Assembly: GCA_001779195.1 (NCBI GenBank)
Contig: MFJL01000041.1
Coordinates: forward strand, 16,881 to 80,880
Source: Candidatus Gottesmanbacteria bacterium RIFCSPHIGHO2_02_FULL_39_11
GTDB taxonomy: Bacteria > Patescibacteriota > Microgenomatia > 2-02-FULL-39-11
Reading direction: 5' to 3'
Length of the DNA stretch: 64,000 bases
Both the position numbers and the translations under genes were made by a program. Position 1 is the first letter of the stretch; every line of letters begins with the position of its first letter. A model generated the notes under the pieces. The model was given only the letters and a program-made list of their open reading frames with translations. It searched no databases and was not told where the DNA came from. Below, in pieces: positions 1 through 9,919 of the stretch.

Positions 1-1
1 T

Positions 2-1186
2 GCTATTTTTCTGGCTCTTTTGCCGAATTACTTCGGATATCTTCATATAAACATGAAGGATATTCCCAACGCGTTTTTTTTCTCGCTCTCTCTTTATCTT
101 TTTTATAAACTCACACAAAAACAAACCGTTAGACGGCTTATCTGGGCGGCAATTTCTTTTGCAGTTGCTTTTAATACGAAGATAAATTCCATTTTTATTC
201 CGGTTATTTGTGTAGTTTACTTTCTTTTAAGTCACTTACAGAAGATAGGGGAAATGAGGGGGATATTGGGAATATGGGAGAAGAATAAAAAGGTAATTTT
301 ATATTTTGTTCTTGCACCTCTTGTCGCTTTTCTTCTGTGGCTTCCTTTCTGGAAAAATCCTATTTCTAAACTCGCTGAGATTCCCCGGTTTTATTCCAAT
401 AATACGTATAGAATGCCTGTTTTATTTTTTGGAAAAGTTTACCACTCAGGAGTTAATATTCCTTTTGGGTATCCTTTTATTTATATAGCAATTACAACAC
501 CTCCAGTTATCTTAATAGGGTTTTTAATCGGACTGATGGTATTAGTTAAATCTGTTATTAAAGGTGAAAAGAGGGTCGAAAGCCTTTTTTTAATAGTATG
601 GTTCTTTCTTCCCCTTATCCGTTATTTCAGTCCCACAGCCGGTGCAATTGACGGAGTAAGACACTTTATGGAAGTAGTCTATCCTCTCTCTTGTATCGCG
701 GGAATAGGAGTTGAATCGGCAATAAGTTACCTAAGCGTCTTAGGTAACTTAAAAAAATTGGGAATAATAGGACTCATTCTGATCTGTCTTTTTGTTCCCA
801 TCATTCATTATCATCCATACGAAACAAGCTACTTTAATTTTCTCATCGGGGGAGTCAGAGGCGCATCTCTCCAATTTGACATAGATTTCTGGGGAACTCC
901 CCAAAAAGAAGCAATGGAATGGTTGAATAAAAACGCCGCACCTAATTCAAAAGTTCATATTGTCATGGCTCAGAGTTCTGCTGCGGTATACCTTCGGAGT
1001 GATATGTTAACATATGCCAATACACTGCCCTTTGGTCAAAGTGATTATGTTGTACTTCTAAACCGAGAATCATTTTTTTCTCTTTATGGAATTAATTCTT
1101 TTAAAGATAAAAAAATTAAAGATAATAAAGTTGTATTTAAAAAAGAAATAGACGGTATTCCTCTTGTATGGATTTTCAAAAAATAA
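2..1186 (+). CDS. GT-C fold membrane glycosyltransferase (GT39/ArnT-PMT-like), 5'-truncated by the window edge
   Basis: Frame is open from position 2; multi-TM protein with NMKDIP, FNTKIN and DIDFWG motifs typical of CPR GT39-like proteins. Confidence 0.7.
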   Translation, partial: AIFLALLPNYFGYLHINMKDIPNAFFFSLSLYLFYKLTQKQTVRRLIWAAISFAVAFNTKINSIFIPVICVVYFLLSHLQKIGEMRGILGIWEKNKKVILYFVLAPLVAFLLWLPFWKNPISKLAEIPRFYSNNTYRMPVLFFGKVYHSGVNIPFGYPFIYIAITTPPVILIGFLIGLMVLVKSVIKGEKRVESLFLIVWFFLPLIRYFSPTAGAIDGVRHFMEVVYPLSCIAGIGVESAISYLSVLGNLKKLGIIGLILICLFVPIIHYHPYETSYFNFLIGGVRGASLQFDIDFWGTPQKEAMEWLNKNAAPNSKVHIVMAQSSAAVYLRSDMLTYANTLPFGQSDYVVLLNRESFFSLYGINSFKDKKIKDNKVVFKKEIDGIPLVWIFKK

Positions 1187-1898
1187 AAGGAATCCTCGGC
1201 AGGAAAAAAAAGTAATCCTTAAACGTTCTGATTTTATTCATTTTACTTTTTCCCCAAACCCGGGGGGTATAGATAATAGGAATCTCGGAAATTCTAAATC
1301 CGCTTTTGTGGGAAATTAAAATAAATTCCAGATACGCAGGATATCCTTTTTCTTTTAACATCTTGCGGATGGCAGATATCGTTTCTGATTTTATCAACCG
1401 GTATCCTGAGGTAGCATCAGATATCGGAAGATCTAAAATCACTTTTAGAAATAAGTTAATGCATCTGCTTATTACCCGTTTCCAAAGACGCTTATCATAA
1501 AATGCTCCTTTTTCAATAAACCGCGAACCGACTACGATATCTGATTTTTTTTCTTTCATATTCTTAAAAAAACTCTGGATTATCTTAGGATCATGGTTAA
1601 GATCAGCATCCATAGTCAAAACATGGGTTGTCGATTTATTTATTTTTTCAAAACCGGTCTTATAAGCCATTCCAATTCCCAAAGGCCTAGTGAAATAATC
1701 TGCTTTGATTTTTTTAGGATATTTTTTTTGAAGCTTTCTAATTTCCATTTTGCTTTTATCATTTCCCTGAATAATAAAAAAAAGCCGGTAAGAGCTGGTT
1801 ATCTTTTTCAGATTTTGAATAAGGTGTGTGGTAAGAGGTTTTAGGTTACCTGCTTCGTTGTATGCTGGGATGACGCACAGTATTTTTATTTTATCCAT
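1176..1898 (-). CDS. GT2 polyprenol-phosphate sugar synthase (DPM1-like)
   Basis: IPAYNE, MDADLNHDP, VVGSRF, DATSGYR, EIPIIYTPRVWGKSKM. Confidence 0.85.
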   Translation of the reverse strand: MDKIKILCVIPAYNEAGNLKPLTTHLIQNLKKITSSYRLFFIIQGNDKSKMEIRKLQKKYPKKIKADYFTRPLGIGMAYKTGFEKINKSTTHVLTMDADLNHDPKIIQSFFKNMKEKKSDIVVGSRFIEKGAFYDKRLWKRVISRCINLFLKVILDLPISDATSGYRLIKSETISAIRKMLKEKGYPAYLEFILISHKSGFRISEIPIIYTPRVWGKSKMNKIRTFKDYFFFLPRIPFIF

Positions 1899-1949
1899 AA
1901 AAGTATAGCGTTTATGATAATATAGCGATACCGATCTGGCAAATATACT

Positions 1950-3161
1950 ATGAATATAGGAATGATTTCTTACTGGTCTTCTCCTCTTGCCAGAGTCGGG
2001 GTGTGGGAAGCGGGAGGGATGAATGTATATATTTCAGGACTTTCTCAGGGGTTAATTGATCTTGGTCATAAGGTTGATATATACACCAAATCTCCCAATT
2101 GCAAGGAAATAAAAATAACAAATGTTGTAAAAAATCTTCGAGTCATTCATATTCCCATATACGGGAATTTATACGCAGGAGTACCAACTTTTACTCATAA
2201 AATTGAAGAACTGATCCAAAAAGAAAATATATCCTACGATGTGTTTCATTCTCATTATTTTTACTCAGGTCTGATAGTCGAAAATTTAAAAAAAGACCAT
2301 ATTCCCTGGGTACATAATTCTCATTCATACGGAATTCTGAAAGCCAAAACTATAGGAATAATAGATAAAAAAAGAATTAAGTATGAAAAAGAGATATTTC
2401 AAAGAGCAGACGCACTCATTGTATCTACCTATGCAGAAAGAGAAGTAGTATTGGAAGAATATCCTAAGGCATCGGAAAAGATTTATCTCATATCTCCGGG
2501 AATTGACCATAACATATTTAAGCCTTTAGACAAATACAAATCCCGCCAAAAGCTGAACTTATCCAGAAATAAAATATATATATTATTTGTAGGTAGAATT
2601 GATCCGGTAAAGGGAATACCCTCTCTTATAACCGCAGTACAAAAACTATTGCAAAGTGAGCCAAATTTAAAAAGTAACCTGGAAGTCTTACTAATTGGCG
2701 GAGATATATCTTCTAAAAAATTCTGGAAGCAAAAAGAAGTAAAAATGATAAAAGATCTTATCCAAAAAGTAAATCTTTCTGGCAACATCAGATTTTTGGG
2801 AAGCAGATCAAACACGGTTCTACCTTATTACTACAGCGCCTGTGATATAGTAGTTCTTCCTTCTGTTTATGAATCCTTTGGGCTTGTTGTTCTGGAAGCT
2901 ATGGCCTGCCGCGCATGTGTCGTTGCTTCAAAAGCTGGAGGTCCCGAGTATCTGATACAGGACGGAAAAAACGGACTGTTATTTGACCGCGAAAATACAG
3001 CCCAGCTAAATAGGATTTTAAAAGATCTTATACATAATCCCGGCAAAAGAGAGAAAATAGGCAAAAATGCAGTTACCAGAAGCTTTGATTTCTGCTGGAG
3101 TACCCAAGCTGAAAAAGTGGTGTCTTTGTATGGAAAAATGATGAAACGAACTTCTTATTAA
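1950..3161 (+). CDS. GT4 glycosyltransferase, MshA-like
   Basis: N-terminal SPLARVGVWEAGGMNVYI resembles the MshA SPL..GDAGGMNVY motif; VGRIDPVKG; ESFGLVVLEAMAC. Confidence 0.8.
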   Translation: MNIGMISYWSSPLARVGVWEAGGMNVYISGLSQGLIDLGHKVDIYTKSPNCKEIKITNVVKNLRVIHIPIYGNLYAGVPTFTHKIEELIQKENISYDVFHSHYFYSGLIVENLKKDHIPWVHNSHSYGILKAKTIGIIDKKRIKYEKEIFQRADALIVSTYAEREVVLEEYPKASEKIYLISPGIDHNIFKPLDKYKSRQKLNLSRNKIYILFVGRIDPVKGIPSLITAVQKLLQSEPNLKSNLEVLLIGGDISSKKFWKQKEVKMIKDLIQKVNLSGNIRFLGSRSNTVLPYYYSACDIVVLPSVYESFGLVVLEAMACRACVVASKAGGPEYLIQDGKNGLLFDRENTAQLNRILKDLIHNPGKREKIGKNAVTRSFDFCWSTQAEKVVSLYGKMMKRTSY

Positions 3162-3186
3162 GAATTACCATATTGATAGGTAATCT

Positions 3187-3768
3187 ATGAAATCGACAAA
3201 ACTAATTCTGCTTAGACATGGACAAGTACATAATCCGAAAAGTATTTTATATGGAAGACTTCCCGGGTTTGGTTTATCTGCTAAAGGCCGCGAAGATGTA
3301 CTGAAAGCATACGAAAAATTGAAGAACGAATCTATTGACACAATTTTTATGAGTCCTCTTCTTCGTACCCGCCAGACAGCCAGTATTTTTGCTAAAAATT
3401 TGGGACTTGCGGTCCATACTGATAAAAGACTTATTGAAGTCAAATTATATTGTGAAGGAGTAAGTTTAACTGAGTTTAAATCTGATTTACAGCCTGATTT
3501 ATACTCGGAAGAAAACTATAAAAAAGGACAGGAAAGTGTAGAAGAAATCTCACAGCGCATGAACAGATTCCTATCTTTTATTAAAGAAAAATACCCCGGA
3601 AAAACGGTTCTTGCTGTTTCTCACGGGGATCCGATTATCATTCTCGAGTCTCAAGTTTTAAAGACTCCTTTTACCTGGGAATTTAAAAGAGACAACTATG
3701 TAAATACTGCCTACTATCGTATAATTGAAACAGGAAGGCATGATAAAAAATGGCACGTACGCATCTAG
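3187..3768 (+). CDS. Histidine phosphatase family protein
   Basis: LLRHG, SPLLRTRQTA, VSHGDPI. Confidence 0.9.
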   Translation: MKSTKLILLRHGQVHNPKSILYGRLPGFGLSAKGREDVLKAYEKLKNESIDTIFMSPLLRTRQTASIFAKNLGLAVHTDKRLIEVKLYCEGVSLTEFKSDLQPDLYSEENYKKGQESVEEISQRMNRFLSFIKEKYPGKTVLAVSHGDPIIILESQVLKTPFTWEFKRDNYVNTAYYRIIETGRHDKKWHVRI

Positions 3769-4394
3769 CAAAGTCTGTACTTTTTTTTCTAATTTTTCTT
3801 TTTTTAAGCTTTATTACCACCTGGGGAATTTTTGACCGGTTTGACTATTTCTCAATGATTTTTTTACAAAGGATAATTCCGCCGCTTTTTGATATTCCGT
3901 TTGCTCTTTTATCCTTCAGCGGATCAACTGAGATAACGGCTCTTCTTCTTCTGGTATTTTCTTATATTTTTTTCGCAAAGAGAAAAAAAATTCCATTCGG
4001 AATTATTCTTTTTGCCCTGATATTTTTAATTGAGGTAGCCGGAAAGATATTTATTTTCCAGGAACCACCTCCTATCTATCTTCAGAAAAAAGTGATTCCC
4101 TTTATCTTTCCAAGCAGCTCTTTTGTCTTTACACCTTTTTCCTACCCTTCCGGACACATGGCACGGATATGCTTTCTTGCAACTCTTTATTTGACTTACG
4201 CAGTGAAATTTATCCGTGAAAAAAAGAAAATGAAAATTATTTTAGTAGTCGGTATATTCTACCTTTTTATTATGACTGTCAGCCGGATTTATCTGGGGGC
4301 GCACTGGTTTTCGGATGTTTTGGGAGGTGCGATACTGGGCATTTCTTTGGGACTTCTGGCAAATGACCTAATATATGAAAAAAACATCGGATAA
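3750..4394 (+). CDS. PAP2-family membrane phosphatase
   Basis: YPSGH and SRIYLGAHWFSDVLGG motifs; several TM segments. Confidence 0.9.
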   Translation: MARTHLAKSVLFFLIFLFLSFITTWGIFDRFDYFSMIFLQRIIPPLFDIPFALLSFSGSTEITALLLLVFSYIFFAKRKKIPFGIILFALIFLIEVAGKIFIFQEPPPIYLQKKVIPFIFPSSSFVFTPFSYPSGHMARICFLATLYLTYAVKFIREKKKMKIILVVGIFYLFIMTVSRIYLGAHWFSDVLGGAILGISLGLLANDLIYEKNIG

Positions 4395-5073
4395 ATTCAA
4401 CAATTGTATTAACTCATACCTATACATGGATATTTTGGGAGTTAGTATTAACTGCCCCTACTGGGCAAATCGGATGGAAAATGGAGTTGTAACCGTCCGG
4501 GGGTTTGAAGAGGGAAAAGGGGAGGCGAGTACTATTCAAAATGAAATAATGCGACTTGCAAGCGGGAGTAAAAAAGATAAACCTGAAGGAAAATTGGATT
4601 TTGAAAATATTACTTTTTTGGCAAGAAAAAACAGAATAGGAATTGACTGCTCAGGACTTATTTTCCGTATTATGGAGGCGGTTCTTGAAAAAAAAGATAT
4701 GGACATGATATTTCCTTTAGGAATCAGGAAAACGAATGCGGATATGCTTACCCGTAATTTATATTCACAAAAGATTGACTCTATAAAAGAAATCGCTGTT
4801 GGCGATCTTATACGGCTTAGTTCAGGACATCATGCAGTAATTATTACTCACATAGAAGGTGAGACCGTTAAGTATGTACATTCGTCCTCCCGTACGCAAA
4901 TATCAGGAGTACATACGGGAGAAATGGTTATTAATAAAGGAAGTGAAACAATTGAAAGCCAGGTATGGAAGGAAAAAACTTTTCGGGGCCAGAACTGGAA
5001 GGATAAATATTTTCACGGAGAAGAAGATGGAGTATACCGGAATAAATTCTTATACACTGCCTTAAACCCATGA
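4375..5073 (+). CDS. NlpC/P60-like cysteine peptidase (putative)
   Basis: GIDCSGL catalytic-Cys motif, GDLI..HHAVII, VHSS. Confidence 0.65.
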   Translation: MKKTSDKFNNCINSYLYMDILGVSINCPYWANRMENGVVTVRGFEEGKGEASTIQNEIMRLASGSKKDKPEGKLDFENITFLARKNRIGIDCSGLIFRIMEAVLEKKDMDMIFPLGIRKTNADMLTRNLYSQKIDSIKEIAVGDLIRLSSGHHAVIITHIEGETVKYVHSSSRTQISGVHTGEMVINKGSETIESQVWKEKTFRGQNWKDKYFHGEEDGVYRNKFLYTALNP

Positions 5074-6464
5074 TGAAAAAACCTTTTTCACTTGCCGAAT
5101 TTAGGAATAAATCCGTTCATATTGTAGGAGTCACCGGGTCTGAAGGAAGTGCAATCCTGAGATTATTAACACAGGAAAAGTTTAAAAATATTACGGTACA
5201 TGATTACAGTCCTTTGGAATATTCGGAGAGAAGCTTTAAAGTGTGGCACAAGGGTATACCATTGCGTGATCGGAATAACGCATTTAAAATATTTGCACAA
5301 GATATAAAAACAGTTAACAAAAACTTTGGAAATGATTATTTAAAGGAAATTGAATCCGGTGATATTATTTTTGCTCCTCAGTCGTGGAGACTGTATAAAA
5401 GGCAAAATGTCCCGTTGTTAGAAGCACATCAAAAAGGGATTCTATTTTGTTCATTAACTTCCCTGTATCTGGATTTGTCACCTGCAAAAGTTATTGCCGT
5501 TTGCGGAACCGTAGGCAAGGGAAGCGTATCCCACCTAATTTATGATGTTTTAAAAGGAAGTGGCAAGTCTGTGTACTATGGAGGAAATGACACGTGGAAT
5601 ATACAGTCTCTTGAGAATATTACTTCCCTTAGCAGAGAAGATTATTTAGTTCTTGAAGTTTCTCACCGGCAGCTTCAGGAAGGACTACAGAAGGGTCCCT
5701 TTATCGGCGTTCTTACCAATATTTATCCGAATCATTTGGATGAAACAGGCTTGGAGGAATACAAAAAACTGAAATATTCACTTTTTACCTCTCAACTATC
5801 TTCTGATTTTGCCGTACTCAACAATGACTATAAAGATATAAGTGATCTGGCAAAAGAAATAAAATCACAAGCAGTTTTTTTCAGCACTAAGGATTTAAAA
5901 TTGAACACAAAATATGTTCAAATTATTTATGATTATTTTATGAGGAATAAAAGTAATCATTTAATTGAAAATATAATAGCGACAGGCGCAGTACTTGAGT
6001 TATTGAACATTTCTGTTGAACAGACAATTAAAGAAATTTCCAGCTCAAAATCATTACAGGCAAGAATGCAAAAAATTGCAGAAAATGGAGAGATTGAATG
6101 GTATGACGATGTCAAAAGCACAACCCCGTGGGCAACACTAGCGCTTATTAATAAATTGGGTAATAATCTTATCCTTATTATGGGGGGGAAAACTAAGGGT
6201 ATTGATTACAAAGATGCACTAAAAGAAATACAGAAAAGAGTTTTAAAATTAATTATTTTAGAAAGCGAGTTAAGGAGCGAAGCTTCAAAGTATTTAATGC
6301 CGGGAAGCTACATGATTGCCGGTACGTTAAAAGATGCATTAGCCCTATCTTATAAAGAAGCAAAAAAGGGAACAAAAATTGCCGTATCTCCCGGAGCTGC
6401 TTTTTTTTATACCGATTTTATAAAAGGTAAAAGTTCAATAAGACAGATCTTATATAACTTGTAA
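5070..6464 (+). CDS. Divergent MurD-like Mur ligase
   Basis: GTVGKGS P-loop, LEVSHRQL, NHLD, DDVKSTT, GGKTKG and SPGAAF align with MurD motifs but carry substitutions. Confidence 0.75.
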   Translation: MMKKPFSLAEFRNKSVHIVGVTGSEGSAILRLLTQEKFKNITVHDYSPLEYSERSFKVWHKGIPLRDRNNAFKIFAQDIKTVNKNFGNDYLKEIESGDIIFAPQSWRLYKRQNVPLLEAHQKGILFCSLTSLYLDLSPAKVIAVCGTVGKGSVSHLIYDVLKGSGKSVYYGGNDTWNIQSLENITSLSREDYLVLEVSHRQLQEGLQKGPFIGVLTNIYPNHLDETGLEEYKKLKYSLFTSQLSSDFAVLNNDYKDISDLAKEIKSQAVFFSTKDLKLNTKYVQIIYDYFMRNKSNHLIENIIATGAVLELLNISVEQTIKEISSSKSLQARMQKIAENGEIEWYDDVKSTTPWATLALINKLGNNLILIMGGKTKGIDYKDALKEIQKRVLKLIILESELRSEASKYLMPGSYMIAGTLKDALALSYKEAKKGTKIAVSPGAAFFYTDFIKGKSSIRQILYNL

Positions 6465-6475
6465 AGGACCGTCCC

Positions 6476-6664
6476 TTACTTTTCTTCTTCAATCGGGGTG
6501 ATGGTGAGAGGATCTAAATCTACAACTTCTGATTCACTGGCACATTTCTGACACTCATAAATTGTCCCAACTTTAATGGGATTTTGGATAACCATAGAGG
6601 AATTACACATCGGACATGCGATAATGATTGCGCTGGTAGAGTTTTTTTGAATATCGGCGATCAT
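6476..6664 (-). CDS. LysW-like zinc-ribbon carrier protein
   Basis: CPMC..CQKC, EVVDLDPLTI and an acidic tail EEEK (no EDWGE). Confidence 0.65.
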   Translation of the reverse strand: MIADIQKNSTSAIIIACPMCNSSMVIQNPIKVGTIYECQKCASESEVVDLDPLTITPIEEEK

Positions 6665-6692
6665 AGGGTAAAATTAAACCACATTTCTATCT

Positions 6693-7541
6693 ATGAAGCA
6701 ACATAACATTACTATCGGTAATACTCAACTTGCAAATATTGAATCTGTCTATTTCAAATGCGAGTTTGAAAATCCGACCGGATCGGTAAAAGACAGATCC
6801 ATAATAAATCAGGTATTAAATGCTAAAAAGAGAGGATTTAAACTAGCCGTAATTTCCTCATCCGGAAATGCGGCAATTTCAGCCTCTAACTATTGTAAGG
6901 AAGCAAATATCAATTTAACCGCATTTGTTTCGTATCACATAAACTTGGGCAAACTTGAGAAACTTAAAGAATCAGGGACAGACATTATTCAAAGCCAAAA
7001 ACCCATAAGTGATGCGGCATCATTTTCTTTAAAAAATAATGCATATAATCTCAGACAGTCCCTTGATTCTGAGGCAGTATCAGGATATCAAAATATTTCT
7101 TATGAACTTTTAAAACAAATCCCAAATGCAGATGCCATCTTTATTCCGGTAAGTAGCGGGACAATGTTTGTAGGAATTGCCCGGGGATATATGGGATATG
7201 AAGGGCCAGCGTTACATGCGACGCAGACAGAAGCAGTTCACCCCATTTCTCAACAGTTCGATCGTGAGTTTTCTCCCAGTTCTGAAAGTATTGCTGATGG
7301 AATTGTTGCAAAAGTTACCACACGTGAGAGTGAAGTAATTGATCTTATTGAAAAGTCTGACGGGTTTGGATGGGTTATTGGGGATGATCAAATAAAAAAA
7401 GCACACCAGTATTTAAGAGCTTATGGTATTAGAACTTCCTACGAAGGTGCGATGGCTTTAGCAGCAGTTTGGAAAGCAAAAGAAAAAGGATATAGGTATA
7501 AAAGTCCGGTATGCATATTATCAGGAAGTTTTTATGGATAA
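6693..7541 (+). CDS. PLP-dependent fold-type II enzyme (threonine/cysteine synthase-like)
   Basis: KCEFENPTGSVKDR, SSGNAA, PVSSGT. Confidence 0.85.
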   Translation: MKQHNITIGNTQLANIESVYFKCEFENPTGSVKDRSIINQVLNAKKRGFKLAVISSSGNAAISASNYCKEANINLTAFVSYHINLGKLEKLKESGTDIIQSQKPISDAASFSLKNNAYNLRQSLDSEAVSGYQNISYELLKQIPNADAIFIPVSSGTMFVGIARGYMGYEGPALHATQTEAVHPISQQFDREFSPSSESIADGIVAKVTTRESEVIDLIEKSDGFGWVIGDDQIKKAHQYLRAYGIRTSYEGAMALAAVWKAKEKGYRYKSPVCILSGSFYG

Positions 7542-8854
7542 TGAATTTAATGAATAACAAAACATATATCCAATACCTTTTTAAAGATGATGATTTTTTT
7601 TATGTTACAACAGATGTAAAACGTGCATTAGGGCTTGAAGACATACTCCCTAATTTTCACGTTATTACATCTGTTTATGATCCTCTTATTCCGCTTCTTC
7701 GGAATAAAAATATACACGTTTTTTGTTTGGAAGAAGAAGTTGAAAAAGAGAATATGTCGGTTAAAAGTGCAAGGCAACTTTTTTTCCATCCTAAAGCCCA
7801 AAATTATATTCATAACCAGTCCAGTCGACCTAATATTCTTACTTTTAAGCCGGTTGAAGGAATGGGGGAAGAAAAGGGAGAGGATGGATATGAGTATATA
7901 GGAAACGGAAGAGAGCTTAATGAACAGTTTGAGGACAAGATAAACTTTTACCAGATATTAAAAGACAATTTTAAAGAGAATATGGTTCCCTCTATTATTG
8001 GACAGCTTGCAGAACTGACATACGGTAATATTAGAGATCAGTTAGGAGAGTCTCTCGTTATCCAATTCGGAAAAGGGTGGGCAGGAAATACCAGTTTCGA
8101 TGTAGAAAATGAAAGTGATTTTGAAAATTTGAAAAAAAGGTTTCCTCAAACGCATGTTCGAGTGAGCAAAAGAATTAACGGTAATACATTTTTGAATAAT
8201 TGCTGTATTTATAAAAATACAATATTTCACAGTTCTCCTGCAATTCAGATAAACGGAATTTCATGGCTAAATAAAAATCCTTTGGCAACTTCAGGAAGAG
8301 AATGGGGAAATAAGTTTTTAAGTTCAAAAGAGACAGAAGAAATAAGATTTCTTACCGAAAAAATGGGAAGGCTGCTTATTAAATCCACATACCGGGGATA
8401 CTTTGGACTGGATTTTATTGTGGATTCTGTAACCGGAAAGGTATACGTCTCAGAAATAAATGCACGCTTTACCGCTTCTTGCCCTTTCTATACAAAACTG
8501 GAATTAGGGAGTGAGATTCTGCCGTTATACGTCTATCATTTAGCTGAGTTTTTAGGAAAAGACATTAAAAAAGAATACAGAAGGTATGAGGGCATTGAGG
8601 GATGTGAGGTAAATGGAGAGTTAGACAAAATGTCAAATTTAAGAGTTGGAACATATAAAATAGAAGATGACGGGACATTTGATTTTGAAAATGACTCTTA
8701 TGATCCAGCAAAAATATTAAAAGACGAGGTAGTCTTAATTACAGACCCAAAAAATTCAGTGAAGATCCAAACTAATTATCCACTCCTTGCAAGTCCAGGG
8801 AAATTTCAGGAAAAGTTTGAGAAAATCATCAAAAAGGAGATTATAACGGGATAA
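7541..8854 (+). CDS. ATP-grasp domain ligase
   Basis: FEDKINF, GWAGNTS, YRGYFGLDFIVD..VYVSEINARFT; ATG overlaps the upstream TAA. Confidence 0.75.
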   Translation: MNLMNNKTYIQYLFKDDDFFYVTTDVKRALGLEDILPNFHVITSVYDPLIPLLRNKNIHVFCLEEEVEKENMSVKSARQLFFHPKAQNYIHNQSSRPNILTFKPVEGMGEEKGEDGYEYIGNGRELNEQFEDKINFYQILKDNFKENMVPSIIGQLAELTYGNIRDQLGESLVIQFGKGWAGNTSFDVENESDFENLKKRFPQTHVRVSKRINGNTFLNNCCIYKNTIFHSSPAIQINGISWLNKNPLATSGREWGNKFLSSKETEEIRFLTEKMGRLLIKSTYRGYFGLDFIVDSVTGKVYVSEINARFTASCPFYTKLELGSEILPLYVYHLAEFLGKDIKKEYRRYEGIEGCEVNGELDKMSNLRVGTYKIEDDGTFDFENDSYDPAKILKDEVVLITDPKNSVKIQTNYPLLASPGKFQEKFEKIIKKEIITG

Positions 8855-8863
8855 TACTGTATC

Positions 8864-8872
8864 TGGTATAAT
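8864..8872 (+). promoter_or_regulatory. Extended -10 element upstream of prfB
   Basis: TGGTATAAT about 22 nt before the ATG. Confidence 0.4.
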
Positions 8873-8894
8873 TGTAAACTTATTAACAAGCACT

Positions 8895-9911
8895 ATGGAA
8901 GAACTTAAAAAAAGATTAACTGAACTTACCTCAAAGCTGGATATTCCGGGCAAAAAGAAGAAGGTAGAGGAAATTGAGACTCAGTCCTCAGACCCTGCAT
9001 TTTGGCAGGAGCAGGAAAAGTCAACCCGGATAATGAAGGAATTATCCCGACTTAATAAGCAGATAAAGCAGATTGAAAACTTAGAAATTTTGATCGAACT
9101 CGGAGATTTTAAGGAAGCAGAGAGCCAGATAGGACAACTTGAATTTGATCTCTATTTCTCAGGACCCCATGATGAACTCGGATGTATTCTCTCCATCCAT
9201 GCAGGTCAGGGAGGGACTGAAGCTATGGACTGGGCATCCATGCTTTTTCGCATGTATCTGAGATTTTGTGAGATACAGGGATGGAAGTATGAAATGGTTG
9301 ATGAAGTCGCGGGCGATGAGGCGGGAATTAAAAGTGCTGTTTTATCAATTGACGAGCCTTTGGCATATGGGTATTTAAAGGCGGAAAGGGGAGTGCACCG
9401 TCTCGTCCGTCAGTCACCTTTTAATGCAGATAAGCTTCGCCAAACTTCTTTTGCACTTATCGAGGTTTTGCCTATTTTTGAAGATACGGAAGAAGTTGAA
9501 ATAAAAGACGGAGATGTGGAATGGGAGTTTTTCAGAAGCGGGGGAAAAGGAGGACAGAATGTAAATAAAGTAGCAACGGCGGTTCGCCTTAAACATAAAG
9601 CAACCGGGCTAATTGTTGAGTGTCAGGAGCAAAGATATCAGGGGCAAAATAGAGAGACAGCACTGAAAATTCTGCGGGGGAAACTATGGCAGATGATGGA
9701 AGAGCAAAAAGTAAAAGATATATCGGAGTTAAAAGGAGAGCATAAAATGGCTTCCTGGGGGAATCAGATCCGCTCTTATGTACTCCACCCCTATCATTTG
9801 GTAAAAGATTTAAGAACGGGTTATGAGACAAGCGATACGAAGTCGGTCTTAGACGGTAACATTGAACCGTTTATCCTTGCCTACTTGAAAAAATTTTCAT
9901 CCGGCGTATAG
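8895..9911 (+). CDS. prfB: Peptide chain release factor 2
   Basis: SPF stop-recognition motif (RQSPFNA), GGQ motif, WGNQIRSYVLHPY. Confidence 0.97.
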   Translation: MEELKKRLTELTSKLDIPGKKKKVEEIETQSSDPAFWQEQEKSTRIMKELSRLNKQIKQIENLEILIELGDFKEAESQIGQLEFDLYFSGPHDELGCILSIHAGQGGTEAMDWASMLFRMYLRFCEIQGWKYEMVDEVAGDEAGIKSAVLSIDEPLAYGYLKAERGVHRLVRQSPFNADKLRQTSFALIEVLPIFEDTEEVEIKDGDVEWEFFRSGGKGGQNVNKVATAVRLKHKATGLIVECQEQRYQGQNRETALKILRGKLWQMMEEQKVKDISELKGEHKMASWGNQIRSYVLHPYHLVKDLRTGYETSDTKSVLDGNIEPFILAYLKKFSSGV

Positions 9912-9919
9912 TTATAGGT

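Noticed and set aside
1950-3161. Mycothiol biosynthesis (mshA symbol)
   Set aside because: Only motif similarity; no mshB/C/D seen
6476-8854. Canonical LysW lysine/arginine biosynthesis operon
   Set aside because: No EDWGE tail and no lysZ/Y/J/K in the window
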